A DNA stretch of 60,998 bases, the filler included. It is 6 parts of 6 records of this genome, joined end to end, with 100 filler letters (N's around TTAATTAATTAA, not from the genome) between each part and the next. Parts side by side here need not be neighbours in the genome. Positions count along the whole stretch, not along the records: positions 10,551 to 22,092 come from SRR31147125_13601; positions 22,193 to 33,327 come from SRR31147125_13605; 4 more parts are not named here. One strand, 5' to 3'. The notes under the pieces are model-generated. The model was not told the origin of the DNA. It saw only the letters and a program-made list of their open reading frames with translations, and did no database searches. The translations under genes were made by a program, and so were the position numbers. Positions 21,598 through 31,897 of the stretch are shown in pieces. Numbering within the stretch: the first letter of the stretch is position 1; the number at the start of each line of letters is the position of its first letter.

Positions 21598-22092
21598 ATG
21601 AAACGCTTAATGAAATTATGGTTTATTCTTGTTCTATCGCTATCTTTTTTGTTTTCGGCAAATACTATGCAGGTCGAAAATACATCAACCAACACAAACA
21701 CAACATTCTGGGTTGAGATCAGTATTACAAATGATGATGCTTTTGTAGCTTTTGAGTGTGACCTTATTGCACCTTCGGGTTTTACATACCAAAATTCTGC
21801 TGTATTATCTGGAAGAAAAGATGACCATACTTTAACTGCAAATTCTAATGCAGATACTGTGCACATACTATCTTATTCTCCCACTTCAAAGCCATACAGT
21901 GGGTCAAGTGGTACAGTTGTTTCTGTTCAATTCTCGTCCGGTAGCTCAACGGGAGATTTTACATTTTCGCTTTCAGACCCCATTATCGGTGACGCTTCCT
22001 CGCAAAATATTTTAACCGGATCCTCCTCCGGGACAGTTACGGTTTCTGAAGTCCCGTCTCCGATTAAATTAAGGTCCTTTATTGCGGAAAAA
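21598..22092 (+). CDS. Secreted cohesin-like domain protein, 3'-truncated
   Basis: Signal peptide, then VEISITNDDAFVAFECDL...GRKDDH...SYS...YSGSSGTVV, matching the cohesin-like repeats of the upstream gene. Confidence 0.75.
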
Positions 22093-22192
22093 NNNNNNNN
22101 NNNNNNNNNNNNNNNNNNNNNNNNNNNNNNNNNNNNTTAATTAATTAANNNNNNNNNNNNNNNNNNNNNNNNNNNNNNNNNNNNNNNNNNNN
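22093..22192. other. Artificial contig spacer
   Basis: N44-TTAATTAATTAA-N44. Confidence 0.99.
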
Positions 22193-22426
22193 AAAAAGTC
22201 GTTCATTTCTGTCGTGCAATTGCGATAAAAAAATATATTTCTCAATATTCGTTTTTTTGCGCTTTAAGCCATCCATTATTCGCTTTACCTGAATATTCTG
22301 ATTAACCGCTGAATATGGCAACAATCCACGTAATCCATATAATTCCCGTTCTTCTCTGGTAAATGCTACTGATTTATTGTATTTGGCATCGAGTAAAATA
22401 TCGAAACCATAATTTCTATTTTGCAC
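22193..22426 (-). CDS. NAD(P)-dependent malic enzyme, N-terminal fragment
   Basis: NKSVAFTREERELYGLRGLLP...EKYIFLSQLHDRNERLF matches the MaeA/SfcA-type N-terminus. Confidence 0.88.
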
Positions 22427-22458
22427 AGTTTTAGAAATTTCAGGTATATATTAAAGGA

Positions 22459-23532
22459 TTATTTAGTCAATAGTTGATTAATTAAAGAAATACTTTCAGG
22501 TGAAGTGAATATTCCATGCGCATCATGTCCTATTCCGGAGACAGTCACTAAAGTATGCTTGTGTTCGGGATAAAAATAATTAAAAAAATTATACATAGTT
22601 TGTCCACGCAGGTAACGATTTCCTGAATAGGTTGGTGATGGATTTCCTTCCCCCTCCTGCCACATGGCGCCACATTTTTTATCAGAGGCTGTTTGATCCA
22701 ATTCTCCCAATAAGTAGGTTAAATTTCGTTGGGGAAATTTTTCCTCAATGTGCTGGCTTGTAGCTTGCTCCAAATATTCATTAAGATTCACCAATCCGTA
22801 ATGATAATTGTTGTATTCCGGACAGGTAGCTGGCACTTCCCATTTCTCTGTAAGCTTATTCCAACGTTCTGCTCTTGGATAAAAATAGGATGATGGATTG
22901 GATACCACATAAGAAAATTGAATATCCTGATTGGCATCTTCAACTGAATTAGCAGGTGCATAACGATGCACGAACTGACCACCTGCGGAATGCCCCATAA
23001 CAACCACTCTTTTCATATTTGGGAATATGGCAGTATTTGTAATAAAATCCGTTAAGTATTGATCCATAATAGAGAATGAACTGATACTGGCATTTTTAGC
23101 AAAATTGCCAATCCGGTACCTACTGCCATAGTACAAATCATTTGTGGCTGTTTCTTTTTCTTTGAATAAAGGGGCTATTATGAGGGTCTTTTCCAGATTA
23201 TTGCTAGTTTCAACAGCTTGTTTTAAAGTCTCGTATTTTTCGCTGGCATCGTAACTTAAGCCGTGAATTAAAAATATGGTATTTTCAATATCAGTATGCG
23301 ATTTAGAGGTATTGGTAAAGTGGATGTTAGTAAATACATATTGCTGATAAGTAGTCCCATCAACCTTAAATTCTGTGGTTAAAGGCAGCAGGTTTACCTC
23401 GCCCAACTCTTCCTCATCCATTACAATTGTATTGGTATCGTAGCACGCTGAAACAAATACTACAGAAACAAATACCACCAGTAATTTCCTTATTAACTTT
23501 GCCTTTTTCAATATAATAAACCTGACTTTCAT
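22459..23532 (-). CDS. Lipoprotein alpha/beta serine hydrolase
   Basis: Lipobox-like FVSAC, IHG oxyanion motif, GHSAGGQFVHRY nucleophile elbow, LGELD, GIGHD. Confidence 0.85.
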   Translation of the reverse strand: MKVRFIILKKAKLIRKLLVVFVSVVFVSACYDTNTIVMDEEELGEVNLLPLTTEFKVDGTTYQQYVFTNIHFTNTSKSHTDIENTIFLIHGLSYDASEKYETLKQAVETSNNLEKTLIIAPLFKEKETATNDLYYGSRYRIGNFAKNASISSFSIMDQYLTDFITNTAIFPNMKRVVVMGHSAGGQFVHRYAPANSVEDANQDIQFSYVVSNPSSYFYPRAERWNKLTEKWEVPATCPEYNNYHYGLVNLNEYLEQATSQHIEEKFPQRNLTYLLGELDQTASDKKCGAMWQEGEGNPSPTYSGNRYLRGQTMYNFFNYFYPEHKHTLVTVSGIGHDAHGIFTSPESISLINQLLTK

Positions 23533-23558
23533 ATTCGTATACTAAAAAATAAGATTGT

Positions 23559-24848
23559 TTAAAAAACGGCTTGCAATAACATAGCTCCTTCTATACCGGT
23601 AGTTGAACTTTCAGTGCCAGGCATAAATTCTGAATAGCCAAATTCAGCCTGTAACTTTAATTTGTTTCCCATAAAATATTTTGATAAAGCCAATGACTTA
23701 TTACTTTTTTCTACAGCCAACGAGGCTGTTTCAAATTCTGGTATTAAAGTACTATAGCGCACAGCTATTCCTAAACCGTTCTTCATCACATAACCCGATT
23801 GGATATTAATACCCTTTGTAAGTACATAATAGCTTCCAATTCTTCCCGGAGCAATTGCAATGGTAGCCTGTGGATCGGTAAACAGGTTTTTATAAGAACT
23901 TGCAATAGCCTGGCCAAATTCTCCTGCAAACGAAAATCCTTTATACTTAATCAATACATCAGCATAAGATTTTAAGTAATTGGCATAGGCAACATCACCA
24001 TTAACATTATACAGGGGATGCTCAGTATCCCAATACATATGCCCGTCTCCTATAGGGTGATTGGCTCCCTGATTTACAGAACCGGATAATCCGATGGCTA
24101 ATTTAAGAGATTCTTCATGAGCAAGATCTGCACCTACAAAACAATTCCCCGGTGCAAAATCGCCCAAAGGCAAAAAATCGATTCTTGTACCATATTTTAA
24201 ACCACCTTCATCAAAATAAGTACCCGCTGCACCAAAAGCGTTTCGTCCGTCACCTGAGGTTACCGAAACAGATGGTTTAACAACCAGGCTACCCAACGAA
24301 AAACGGGCATCCAAAAATGCACCAAACTCTCTTCGGTCTTCACCACTTAACTCACTGGTAAGTAAAGATGGGCGAATAAACTCTTTTAAAATATCAGCAG
24401 CGTTTGCATCAGCATTATTGGTATTTATCAATTTCTGTCCAAAAGAGAAATTAATATTCTTTCCCGGACTATACGATGCGTATGCATCAAGCAAAGCCCA
24501 GGCATCAGTAAAGTCCATTTGCAAATAAAAACCAAATTTACCATCATACATTTGGCCTCCCAAGTTAAACCTCGCTCGTTGCATATTTATTGCCTGAGTA
24601 TGGTTTTTATTATCGTTATTATAGTCGTGTAAGTAACCTGTCGCCACATTTCCACCCAGGGTAAATTGATGCGTATAGATTTTACCATCATAACTTTTAT
24701 CTTGATAATTGATTTTTAACCCCTCGCCAAACCTGAATTTTGTTGTAGAATCGCTGGCAACCTGGTTTTCTATTGATCTTGGCTGTGCTTGCCCCAACAG
24801 GTTCGCCGCACTCGTAAAGATTAATACTAATAAAATTAAATTTTTCAT
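23559..24848 (-). CDS. Outer-membrane porin, OprO/OprP-like
   Basis: Signal peptide, QRARFNLGG, LLDAY, GQK, amphipathic strands, C-terminal Phe; paralogous to 26490-27881 (shared GGLKYGxR). Confidence 0.75.
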   Translation of the reverse strand: MKNLILLVLIFTSAANLLGQAQPRSIENQVASDSTTKFRFGEGLKINYQDKSYDGKIYTHQFTLGGNVATGYLHDYNNDNKNHTQAINMQRARFNLGGQMYDGKFGFYLQMDFTDAWALLDAYASYSPGKNINFSFGQKLINTNNADANAADILKEFIRPSLLTSELSGEDRREFGAFLDARFSLGSLVVKPSVSVTSGDGRNAFGAAGTYFDEGGLKYGTRIDFLPLGDFAPGNCFVGADLAHEESLKLAIGLSGSVNQGANHPIGDGHMYWDTEHPLYNVNGDVAYANYLKSYADVLIKYKGFSFAGEFGQAIASSYKNLFTDPQATIAIAPGRIGSYYVLTKGINIQSGYVMKNGLGIAVRYSTLIPEFETASLAVEKSNKSLALSKYFMGNKLKLQAEFGYSEFMPGTESSTTGIEGAMLLQAVF

Positions 24849-24897
24849 CGCAAGATTATATTAAAGATTTTTTATCATTGATTAATTGATTGATTAC

Positions 24898-26487
24898 TTA
24901 AAGCTTATTCTTATTCATATACCTGAAATATGGAAGTTCTCCATTTACATCCAACTCAATTACCCGAAACCTTACAAAACCGTTATCATGTTCAGGCTCC
25001 ATCAGGGTGGCAATAAGGTTTCCTATTTTCTGATCCAGATAAACCACAAAGCTACCAGCTGGAATCTGCACTTTTTTTGTTTTTAGATTAGTTGTGCATT
25101 CAAATGGTAATATTCCCTGAAATGGCACCGGATCGGATTTTGCCGTAAGCAACCTGTAGGTTTCAAGACTTAGCTCTTTATTTGATTTCAAAGTATCGAC
25201 AGTTGCACCTAGCGTAATAAGATTTTCAATAGCAAGTATACAGTCTGGTTTTAAAATATAGGCATGTGGACGCTTTCTGGTTAATACTGGAGCTAACTGC
25301 GATGCATCATTTACCTGCATTGTAATATTTACAGGTGTTAATTTTTCTACATCCAGAAAAATTTTAGTATCCTCATATACTTTTTTATCGCTGTCTACAA
25401 CAATTGGCGTACTCATTTCCAATGTGCGTTTATGTGCATTTGCGATAGTTTGTTGCACTTTTTCTTTATTATCTGCAGTAGTGTTTAAATACGATTTAGC
25501 TAACAAGAACGAAGTATTTACCCTGCGTGTGAACGATGTTCTTCCCAAAGTACTTCCACGTATTTCCATTAAAATTGAAATACAATTGGTTAACCCATAC
25601 GATGTGGCACTTGAACGTGCTGCTACACCACCCAAATTTATGGATAAATCACCTTTCTTTTGGGTGGTTGAAAAGTAATTATCGGTTCTAAGTTCATTCT
25701 CGGACATTTCTTTTTTGGCGTTTGCTACAAACAAATCTTCGGTAATCGATCTAATTTCTTTATCTATATTCAAATTACCGCTGTAAAGAAACAAAGCATC
25801 ATAGTAATGGGTAACCCCGCCAGGTGTTAGGTTCCTGAAATCAGCACGAATTGGGTTAAACTCGTGAAAATCGATACCTACATGCGGACTAAATTTTGAA
25901 AAAGCACTTTTCAAGGCTTTGCTCTCTATATCTTTTAGCATCACCTGATCTCGGTTTAAATCGCTATTATTGGCTGCGTATCTATCCTGGCGCGTATAAC
26001 CATCGATGTTTGCCATGGGGATAATACATACATATAATTGCTCCAATAAGGTTTTGCCATCTTGAGTATTTAAAAGATAATCGATTGTTGCCAGCATGGC
26101 TTCAGTACTTCCGGGTTCATTGCCGTGTAAACCTCCTTGCATAAAAACACGAACCTTATTTTCGCTATTTTCATATCCTAAATAAATAGTAGGAATCTCT
26201 CTGCCACGTTGACTTTTGCCGATGTATTCTATTTTCGCCAATGCCTCATTTCCCTTAATTTGTTTTTCCAGAAATTTTATCATTTCCTTGTATCGGGTAA
26301 AAAAATAGAAATTATCAAAGGCTGGAGTATTAAATTGAACATCCGGATTTGAAAAGTATTTTTGAGTCATCTTTTTTGACTGCTGATACTGACTAAAAGC
26401 ATTACTTGACAGCAAGATAGCAAACAAGATCAGTATATATTTAGTATTTTTTAGCATAACTTTTATGTTTATACAATTATGTTTCAT
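24898..26487 (-). CDS. Secreted M14 family zinc carboxypeptidase
   Basis: GGLHGNE (HxxE), NIDG, DLNRD, IDFHE; signal peptide; true start may be MLKNTK. Confidence 0.88.
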   Translation of the reverse strand: MKHNCINIKVMLKNTKYILILFAILLSSNAFSQYQQSKKMTQKYFSNPDVQFNTPAFDNFYFFTRYKEMIKFLEKQIKGNEALAKIEYIGKSQRGREIPTIYLGYENSENKVRVFMQGGLHGNEPGSTEAMLATIDYLLNTQDGKTLLEQLYVCIIPMANIDGYTRQDRYAANNSDLNRDQVMLKDIESKALKSAFSKFSPHVGIDFHEFNPIRADFRNLTPGGVTHYYDALFLYSGNLNIDKEIRSITEDLFVANAKKEMSENELRTDNYFSTTQKKGDLSINLGGVAARSSATSYGLTNCISILMEIRGSTLGRTSFTRRVNTSFLLAKSYLNTTADNKEKVQQTIANAHKRTLEMSTPIVVDSDKKVYEDTKIFLDVEKLTPVNITMQVNDASQLAPVLTRKRPHAYILKPDCILAIENLITLGATVDTLKSNKELSLETYRLLTAKSDPVPFQGILPFECTTNLKTKKVQIPAGSFVVYLDQKIGNLIATLMEPEHDNGFVRFRVIELDVNGELPYFRYMNKNKL

Positions 26488-26489
26488 AA

Positions 26490-27881
26490 TTAAAATGCTA
26501 CAGATAACAATATTTTTGACACCAACTCTCCGTTAAGTACTGAATATCTAGGTGGTGAAAAATTAGTACCTAAATAAGAGTAATCAGAAGGGAATTCAGA
26601 ACCTTCATTTACCGTATTATATGAAACGGATGCCTGTACTTTCACCGCGTAATCGTCGGTTAAATATTGTGTAACCCCTAATTCATAATATTCTGGCCTG
26701 TTATAAAGCGATCCATTATTTAACCATGAAATGGCATCGGGCATAAATCGTGTGTAACGAAACTGAAAGCCAAAACCGGCTTTAAACAAGTAACCGGCTT
26801 GCACATTTAAGCCACTACCCAATGCCATGTAGCTTTTAATTTTTGATTCTACATCGTTTACACCATCCACATTAAAATTGGTACTTTCTACACCATTTCT
26901 GGATCTACCCACAATTTTGGCTGCATCACTAATGAAAGCTTTGGTGTTTACAAATTCGCCCAGCAAGGTAAAGCCATTGTACTTGAACATAAAATCGGTT
27001 ACTATCTTCTGGTATCCGGGCAATATGTAATTACCCTCAGCATCCCAATACAATAGCGATCCACAACGATCAGCTCGGGCACTGCTAACGCCATCCACAT
27101 AACTATAGGCAGCACCTATACTCAATTTTGGTGTTTGTTCGCGATACCAGTCATCTCCCCTGAACTCTCCCATATTTCGAAATAATCCAAAAGGATTATA
27201 ATTTACACGAATGCCATATTTCAAACCTCCGTAATTTGACAAACCATTTACACCATCTCCTGATGTTATTTCAAGAGTTGGCCTTAAGTAATGCGTACCG
27301 TACATGCGGATATTTCCTTCCAGCATAATTCCTTTATCACGGATGGACGCAAAGCCTGAAAACATGCGACTCCGATCTGTCATTTGTAATGCGTAATTTG
27401 AAATACGCAACTCTCGATTATCCGAAGCCAACGATCTTTGCCCTACAATTATTCTCCATTTCCGATTGAATCGGTATCTGATGTAAGCATCATATAAAGC
27501 AATATTGTTATGCTGTAGCTCATTATCATGATATCGACCAAACTCAACCGATAAGCGGTAATCAAGTTTTCGTGATTTGTCTGTTCCCGATAAACGCATA
27601 CGAGCGCGTCGCACTCTAAAACGGCTATAACCACGGTCATCTTGTAAAATCGAGCGGTATTCCGCATAAGGTTGCAAACAACCCGATAACTTCATTAAAT
27701 AACCATCGTTGTCTGAAATAAATCCAATACCCCTGCCAGGGCTATATTTTAGCAAGCTAACTTCATCTTCCATGTAAGCATCATGGTCGTCATCGCCACC
27801 ATCATTATATTGACCGATGACAAATAATGGATACATGGCAAAGAGAAAAACGAGTAATTTTTTCATAAGTATTTCAATCAT
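26490..27881 (-). CDS. Outer-membrane porin, OprO/OprP-like
   Basis: Signal peptide, FRVRRARMRLSG, LYDAYI, VGQ, C-terminal Phe. Confidence 0.75.
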   Translation of the reverse strand: MIEILMKKLLVFLFAMYPLFVIGQYNDGGDDDHDAYMEDEVSLLKYSPGRGIGFISDNDGYLMKLSGCLQPYAEYRSILQDDRGYSRFRVRRARMRLSGTDKSRKLDYRLSVEFGRYHDNELQHNNIALYDAYIRYRFNRKWRIIVGQRSLASDNRELRISNYALQMTDRSRMFSGFASIRDKGIMLEGNIRMYGTHYLRPTLEITSGDGVNGLSNYGGLKYGIRVNYNPFGLFRNMGEFRGDDWYREQTPKLSIGAAYSYVDGVSSARADRCGSLLYWDAEGNYILPGYQKIVTDFMFKYNGFTLLGEFVNTKAFISDAAKIVGRSRNGVESTNFNVDGVNDVESKIKSYMALGSGLNVQAGYLFKAGFGFQFRYTRFMPDAISWLNNGSLYNRPEYYELGVTQYLTDDYAVKVQASVSYNTVNEGSEFPSDYSYLGTNFSPPRYSVLNGELVSKILLSVAF

Positions 27882-27911
27882 TTTTTTTGAAACAATTCAT
27901 AGAATTCTCCA

Positions 27912-29069
27912 CTAATACACGGTTTCAAACGATCCTTTTTTCAATATTTCCAGATTACGCATCATCAATTGTCCTTGGGCTATAACATCGGTTAATTCAA
28001 AGGATTCATCAAAAAAGCACAAATCAGCATCATATCCTAATTGTATTGCACCTTTGTGCTTTAATCCCAAATTGTTGGCCGGGTTTAATGTCACTAATCT
28101 GATGGCATCCTGTATAGGCAAAATTTTATTATGGATGATGGCCTGAACTTCGGTTAAATTGGTATATATGGGAGCTTTTCTGAAACCAATCAGTTCTCCA
28201 TTTCCATTTAGCATATCCAATCCGGCATTTCCATCGGTACTAAACGTTAGATTCGAAATCGGCACCTCATTTTCTATTGCTATAGCAACTACTCTGTGGG
28301 GCTCATCAAACTTGCTTCCACCTGTAGATATGTCAATCATTCCACCTTTTTTGGCAAATAATATCGACTGATCGAATAAATCCCTTGTTCTACCCACGTG
28401 GGTTGGTGAAATATGTTGAATTGGAAATAATCCTTCCTCAACAATCTCCATGAGCAAATCCATACGTGTATCTAGCCCCCCCATATGAATATGTAAAATG
28501 CCTTTTTTTTGACCAATTACCCCGCCTACGCGCACCTGACGTAAAATATCGAGTATTTCTCTTTTTTCAGGAAATGAACTTCGAGAATCGGAAAGTGATA
28601 ACTTACAGCCTAAAACTTTATCGATAAAAATCATATCGTTTTGAACCGAATCGGTTATGGTAAACGGAGGTAGGTAAAAATAACTTGTTAACATGTAGGC
28701 CGTTAGACCTTCAGTATCTAATGCCTTGGCTTTTCCGTATAGTGAACTCAGGTTTCTGATACTTCCATCGGTACCCAACATTCCCATAACAGTTGTGCTT
28801 CCTACCTTTATTAATTCACTCAGACTTACTTCAGGAGTCATGGATGAGAAGCCATGCTTTCCGCCAGCGCCGGTGATATGAATATGCTGGTCGATTAATC
28901 CCGGAGTTACAATTTTCCCTTCGGCATCAATGGTTTCAACGGGTACTCCCTGCAATTCAATATGATCATCGATTTGCGCAATCCTACTACCGTAAATTAA
29001 AATATCTTTGTCCCCCTTAAAATCAGGGGCATATACTTTTGCGTTTTTTATTATTTTAAACATAATCAT
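27912..29069 (-). CDS. iadA: Isoaspartyl dipeptidase-like amidohydrolase with altered substrate pocket
   Basis: PGLIDQHIH, LGTD, GCK (carboxylated Lys position), HMG, PTHVGR, TDGN; start at 29069 or 29063, overlapping the dcuC stop. Confidence 0.88.
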   Translation of the reverse strand: MIMFKIIKNAKVYAPDFKGDKDILIYGSRIAQIDDHIELQGVPVETIDAEGKIVTPGLIDQHIHITGAGGKHGFSSMTPEVSLSELIKVGSTTVMGMLGTDGSIRNLSSLYGKAKALDTEGLTAYMLTSYFYLPPFTITDSVQNDMIFIDKVLGCKLSLSDSRSSFPEKREILDILRQVRVGGVIGQKKGILHIHMGGLDTRMDLLMEIVEEGLFPIQHISPTHVGRTRDLFDQSILFAKKGGMIDISTGGSKFDEPHRVVAIAIENEVPISNLTFSTDGNAGLDMLNGNGELIGFRKAPIYTNLTEVQAIIHNKILPIQDAIRLVTLNPANNLGLKHKGAIQLGYDADLCFFDESFELTDVIAQGQLMMRNLEILKKGSFETVY

Positions 29070-30423
29070 CAAATAAAAAAGTGATAAACGATCATTACCA
29101 GTAACGCTGCGGTTAATGGTATTAAATTTCGTTTTGCGAGTTGTACTGAAGAAACTCCTGCCAAATCGGCACAAGCAATAATAACTCCGGCAATGGGAGA
29201 ACATGCCCTGCCCATGCTCGATGATAATTGCATGGGCAAAATCATATCGGCCATATTACCTCCAAACTTTGCAGAGATACCAGGAACTAAAGGACTAAAC
29301 CCAAAGAACGATGCATTACCACTGCCCATAAGCATCGAAGCTCCGTATATTAAAAGTGTCATTAATAATGCAATCCCCACAAAACCAACCCCCATGCCCT
29401 GAGGTATACTTAATAAGTTATCGATAAATCCAAAACTGATTAGCCCTTTTGCAAATATATCGGCCGTTACAATCAGTGAAACAACATTGACGAAAATCTT
29501 TCCCATTCCTTCAATAAATACTTTTACTGATTCCATTACCAAGGCAACTTTTTTCCGGTATATGGCTTCAAATACTATCGCTACAAAAAAGCTAATCACC
29601 ATTGCTGCTGGTGTCTTCAATACAATAGGTGAGTTGAAGAAGCTTGAAAATACAGTCAACAAAATTAAGGGCAATACAGGTAAAATCGCATATATTTTAG
29701 GTGCTACCAGTTTCAACTCTTCTTGTTCTTTAACTGCTGTTCCTTGTTTTTCACGCTTATCAAAATATCGGTTTACCACGAAATAAACAATCATTAAAGT
29801 TAGCGTGAGTATTGGTATTAAGCTTAATTGATGGTCTATAAAGTAGCTGATATTATCGATACCAATAACAGTTGCTGCCTGAGCTGTATTTGCTGATGCC
29901 GGCCCCATATCAAACACGGTACATGCTGTAATTACAGAAACGGCTGTAAGTGGAGAAATTCCCAAGCGTACCAATACAGGAAAAACCGATGCCATAAGCA
30001 ATAAACCCAGACCGGTGGCTGAAGGTGTACACATAAACAAAAATTGTCCGATAGGAATAACCAGTGATGCAACCAAATAGGGATATTTTTTAAAAGAGCC
30101 AATGGTTTCATTGAAATATAAACCAAGACATCGCTGGCGCCAACTTTTTTCATGTAGGTAACAAAACCGCCAATTGCCATAATCATGATACCAATACTGG
30201 CAAATTTTGAAACAAAAGCTTCAATTACTAATTGAAATAAATCAAACCCGACAAAGCCTGTTGCTTTTTTAACTTCCGGTAAATCGTATCCAAATAGATG
30301 AGCAAGCAGTATTAACAAAATGCCACTAAACAATAATACCGCCTGGGGATAAAATTTCTTTAATAATAGTTTTGCTACTACTCCAATTATTAGGATTATG
30401 ATTATAAAAGAAAGTATATGCAT
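29069..30423 (-). CDS. dcuC: C4-dicarboxylate transporter, DcuC family; split by a 1-nt frameshift at the T6 run 30086-30091
   Basis: GIMIMAIGGFVTYM, PSATGLGLLLMAS, MGSGNASF, GRACSPIAG. One extra A restores ...LLKKYPYLVASLV... Confidence 0.87.
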
Positions 30424-30504
30424 AGAATGTAATTATATTTAACATATAAAGTAAACACAAGTTACTTTACTGTTCATATTGTATTTTACTGTTTATTTAT
30501 GAGA

Positions 30505-31881
30505 CTATTCTCCACTTGCAAGGCCATCACCATCTAACGCTGCATCAGGATCAGCTTCGGCTGAATAATAACTGTTAGCTTTTAGCATGTCGTATGCTGC
30601 TGCACTAATGATAATAGGGTCGTCGGCATTTCCATTTACACGAACTCTTTCTAACGCTGTATTTGCTGTTTCGCTAATGGCAAGATTACCTGTGGTAATT
30701 AAACCATCGCGCAGGTTAAGGTAAGTTAAACTGGTAAATGTTGTAGCATCAAAAGCAGTTAATGCATTACGGTACAACTGGATATATTTGATTTTGCTCT
30801 CATCGGCAAAAGTAATACTGGATATGTAATTCTCTACAGCTACATTCTTTATACCTGTATGGTGTACAGAATCAATCATTGGATTTTTAGATAAATCTAA
30901 CGATGTAACAGCTGCGTAATTAAACTTGAAGTATGTCATATTGGTAAAATACTCAATACCGGTAAAATCGGTGATAGCATCAGCTACAGCGTCACTACTT
31001 GATCCAGACACATTTAAACGTAAAGTTTCTTTTGCTTTAATCGTATCCAAATAAAACACCCCTTCTTCTTCTACAATGCAAGGTGTTTCCGCATTTGTCA
31101 TTAGGAGAGCACCAAATTTTGCATCAGGAATTGTTACATGTTTATAGATGGTTTGATCAGCTGTTGTTTGATCAATCACACCTTCAGCAACTGTAAGTTT
31201 GGTATAAATGGCATCTGGCACAACAAATGGAACTCCCGGATTATCACTTAAGTCTACATAAGTTAAATTTGTTAAACCTGAAAGATCAATTTCAGAAATA
31301 TTATGGCGTGGTAAGTACAAGTGCGTCAAAGCGGTATTGTTTGACAGATCTATTGATGCTAACCTGAAACTAATTTCATCTATATCTCCTTTGTAGCGCA
31401 ATGAGTCCAACTGGGTAAGTGCACTTAAATCCAATGCATTAACATGATTATAATTCATTTGTAACACCTTAAGAGAAGTGTTAGCCGTAAGATCTAATTC
31501 AGTTAGTTCATTCGATGTTAAGGTTAAATGTGTCGCCCCTGTAAAATATTTAAGTTCAGGGAATGCTGTGATTTTTACATCAGCATGCTTTACATCATCA
31601 TTTGTTAAATCTTCAATTGAGGTACTTGTTTTTGATAAATAAAGGTCAGTAGTTGTTTTAACCGAATCCGGGCAGAATACAAAACCAGAATCGGCATCCA
31701 TAATTGTGGGAACCATATTATACTCCAGGTAGGCACCTAAAGCCTGATCCTGAAAAAGTTGGTAAGCCACTTCTGGTTCGTTTTTGCTATTATCAACTGG
31801 TTCTTCATTCTTTTCGCATGAAACAAATGCCAAGCCAATAAATGCTATTAGCATCAATAAATTTTTAAGTACATTTTTCAT
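30505..31881 (-). CDS. Leucine-rich repeat lipoprotein with two LRR modules
   Basis: Start MKNVLKN, lipobox FVSC, repeats LxxLxLxxNxL/LDLSxNxxL, IPDAKF and GIEYFTN cap motifs. Confidence 0.8.
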   Translation of the reverse strand: MKNVLKNLLMLIAFIGLAFVSCEKNEEPVDNSKNEPEVAYQLFQDQALGAYLEYNMVPTIMDADSGFVFCPDSVKTTTDLYLSKTSTSIEDLTNDDVKHADVKITAFPELKYFTGATHLTLTSNELTELDLTANTSLKVLQMNYNHVNALDLSALTQLDSLRYKGDIDEISFRLASIDLSNNTALTHLYLPRHNISEIDLSGLTNLTYVDLSDNPGVPFVVPDAIYTKLTVAEGVIDQTTADQTIYKHVTIPDAKFGALLMTNAETPCIVEEEGVFYLDTIKAKETLRLNVSGSSSDAVADAITDFTGIEYFTNMTYFKFNYAAVTSLDLSKNPMIDSVHHTGIKNVAVENYISSITFADESKIKYIQLYRNALTAFDATTFTSLTYLNLRDGLITTGNLAISETANTALERVRVNGNADDPIIISAAAYDMLKANSYYSAEADPDAALDGDGLASGE

Positions 31882-31897
31882 TTTAATTAATTTTAAG

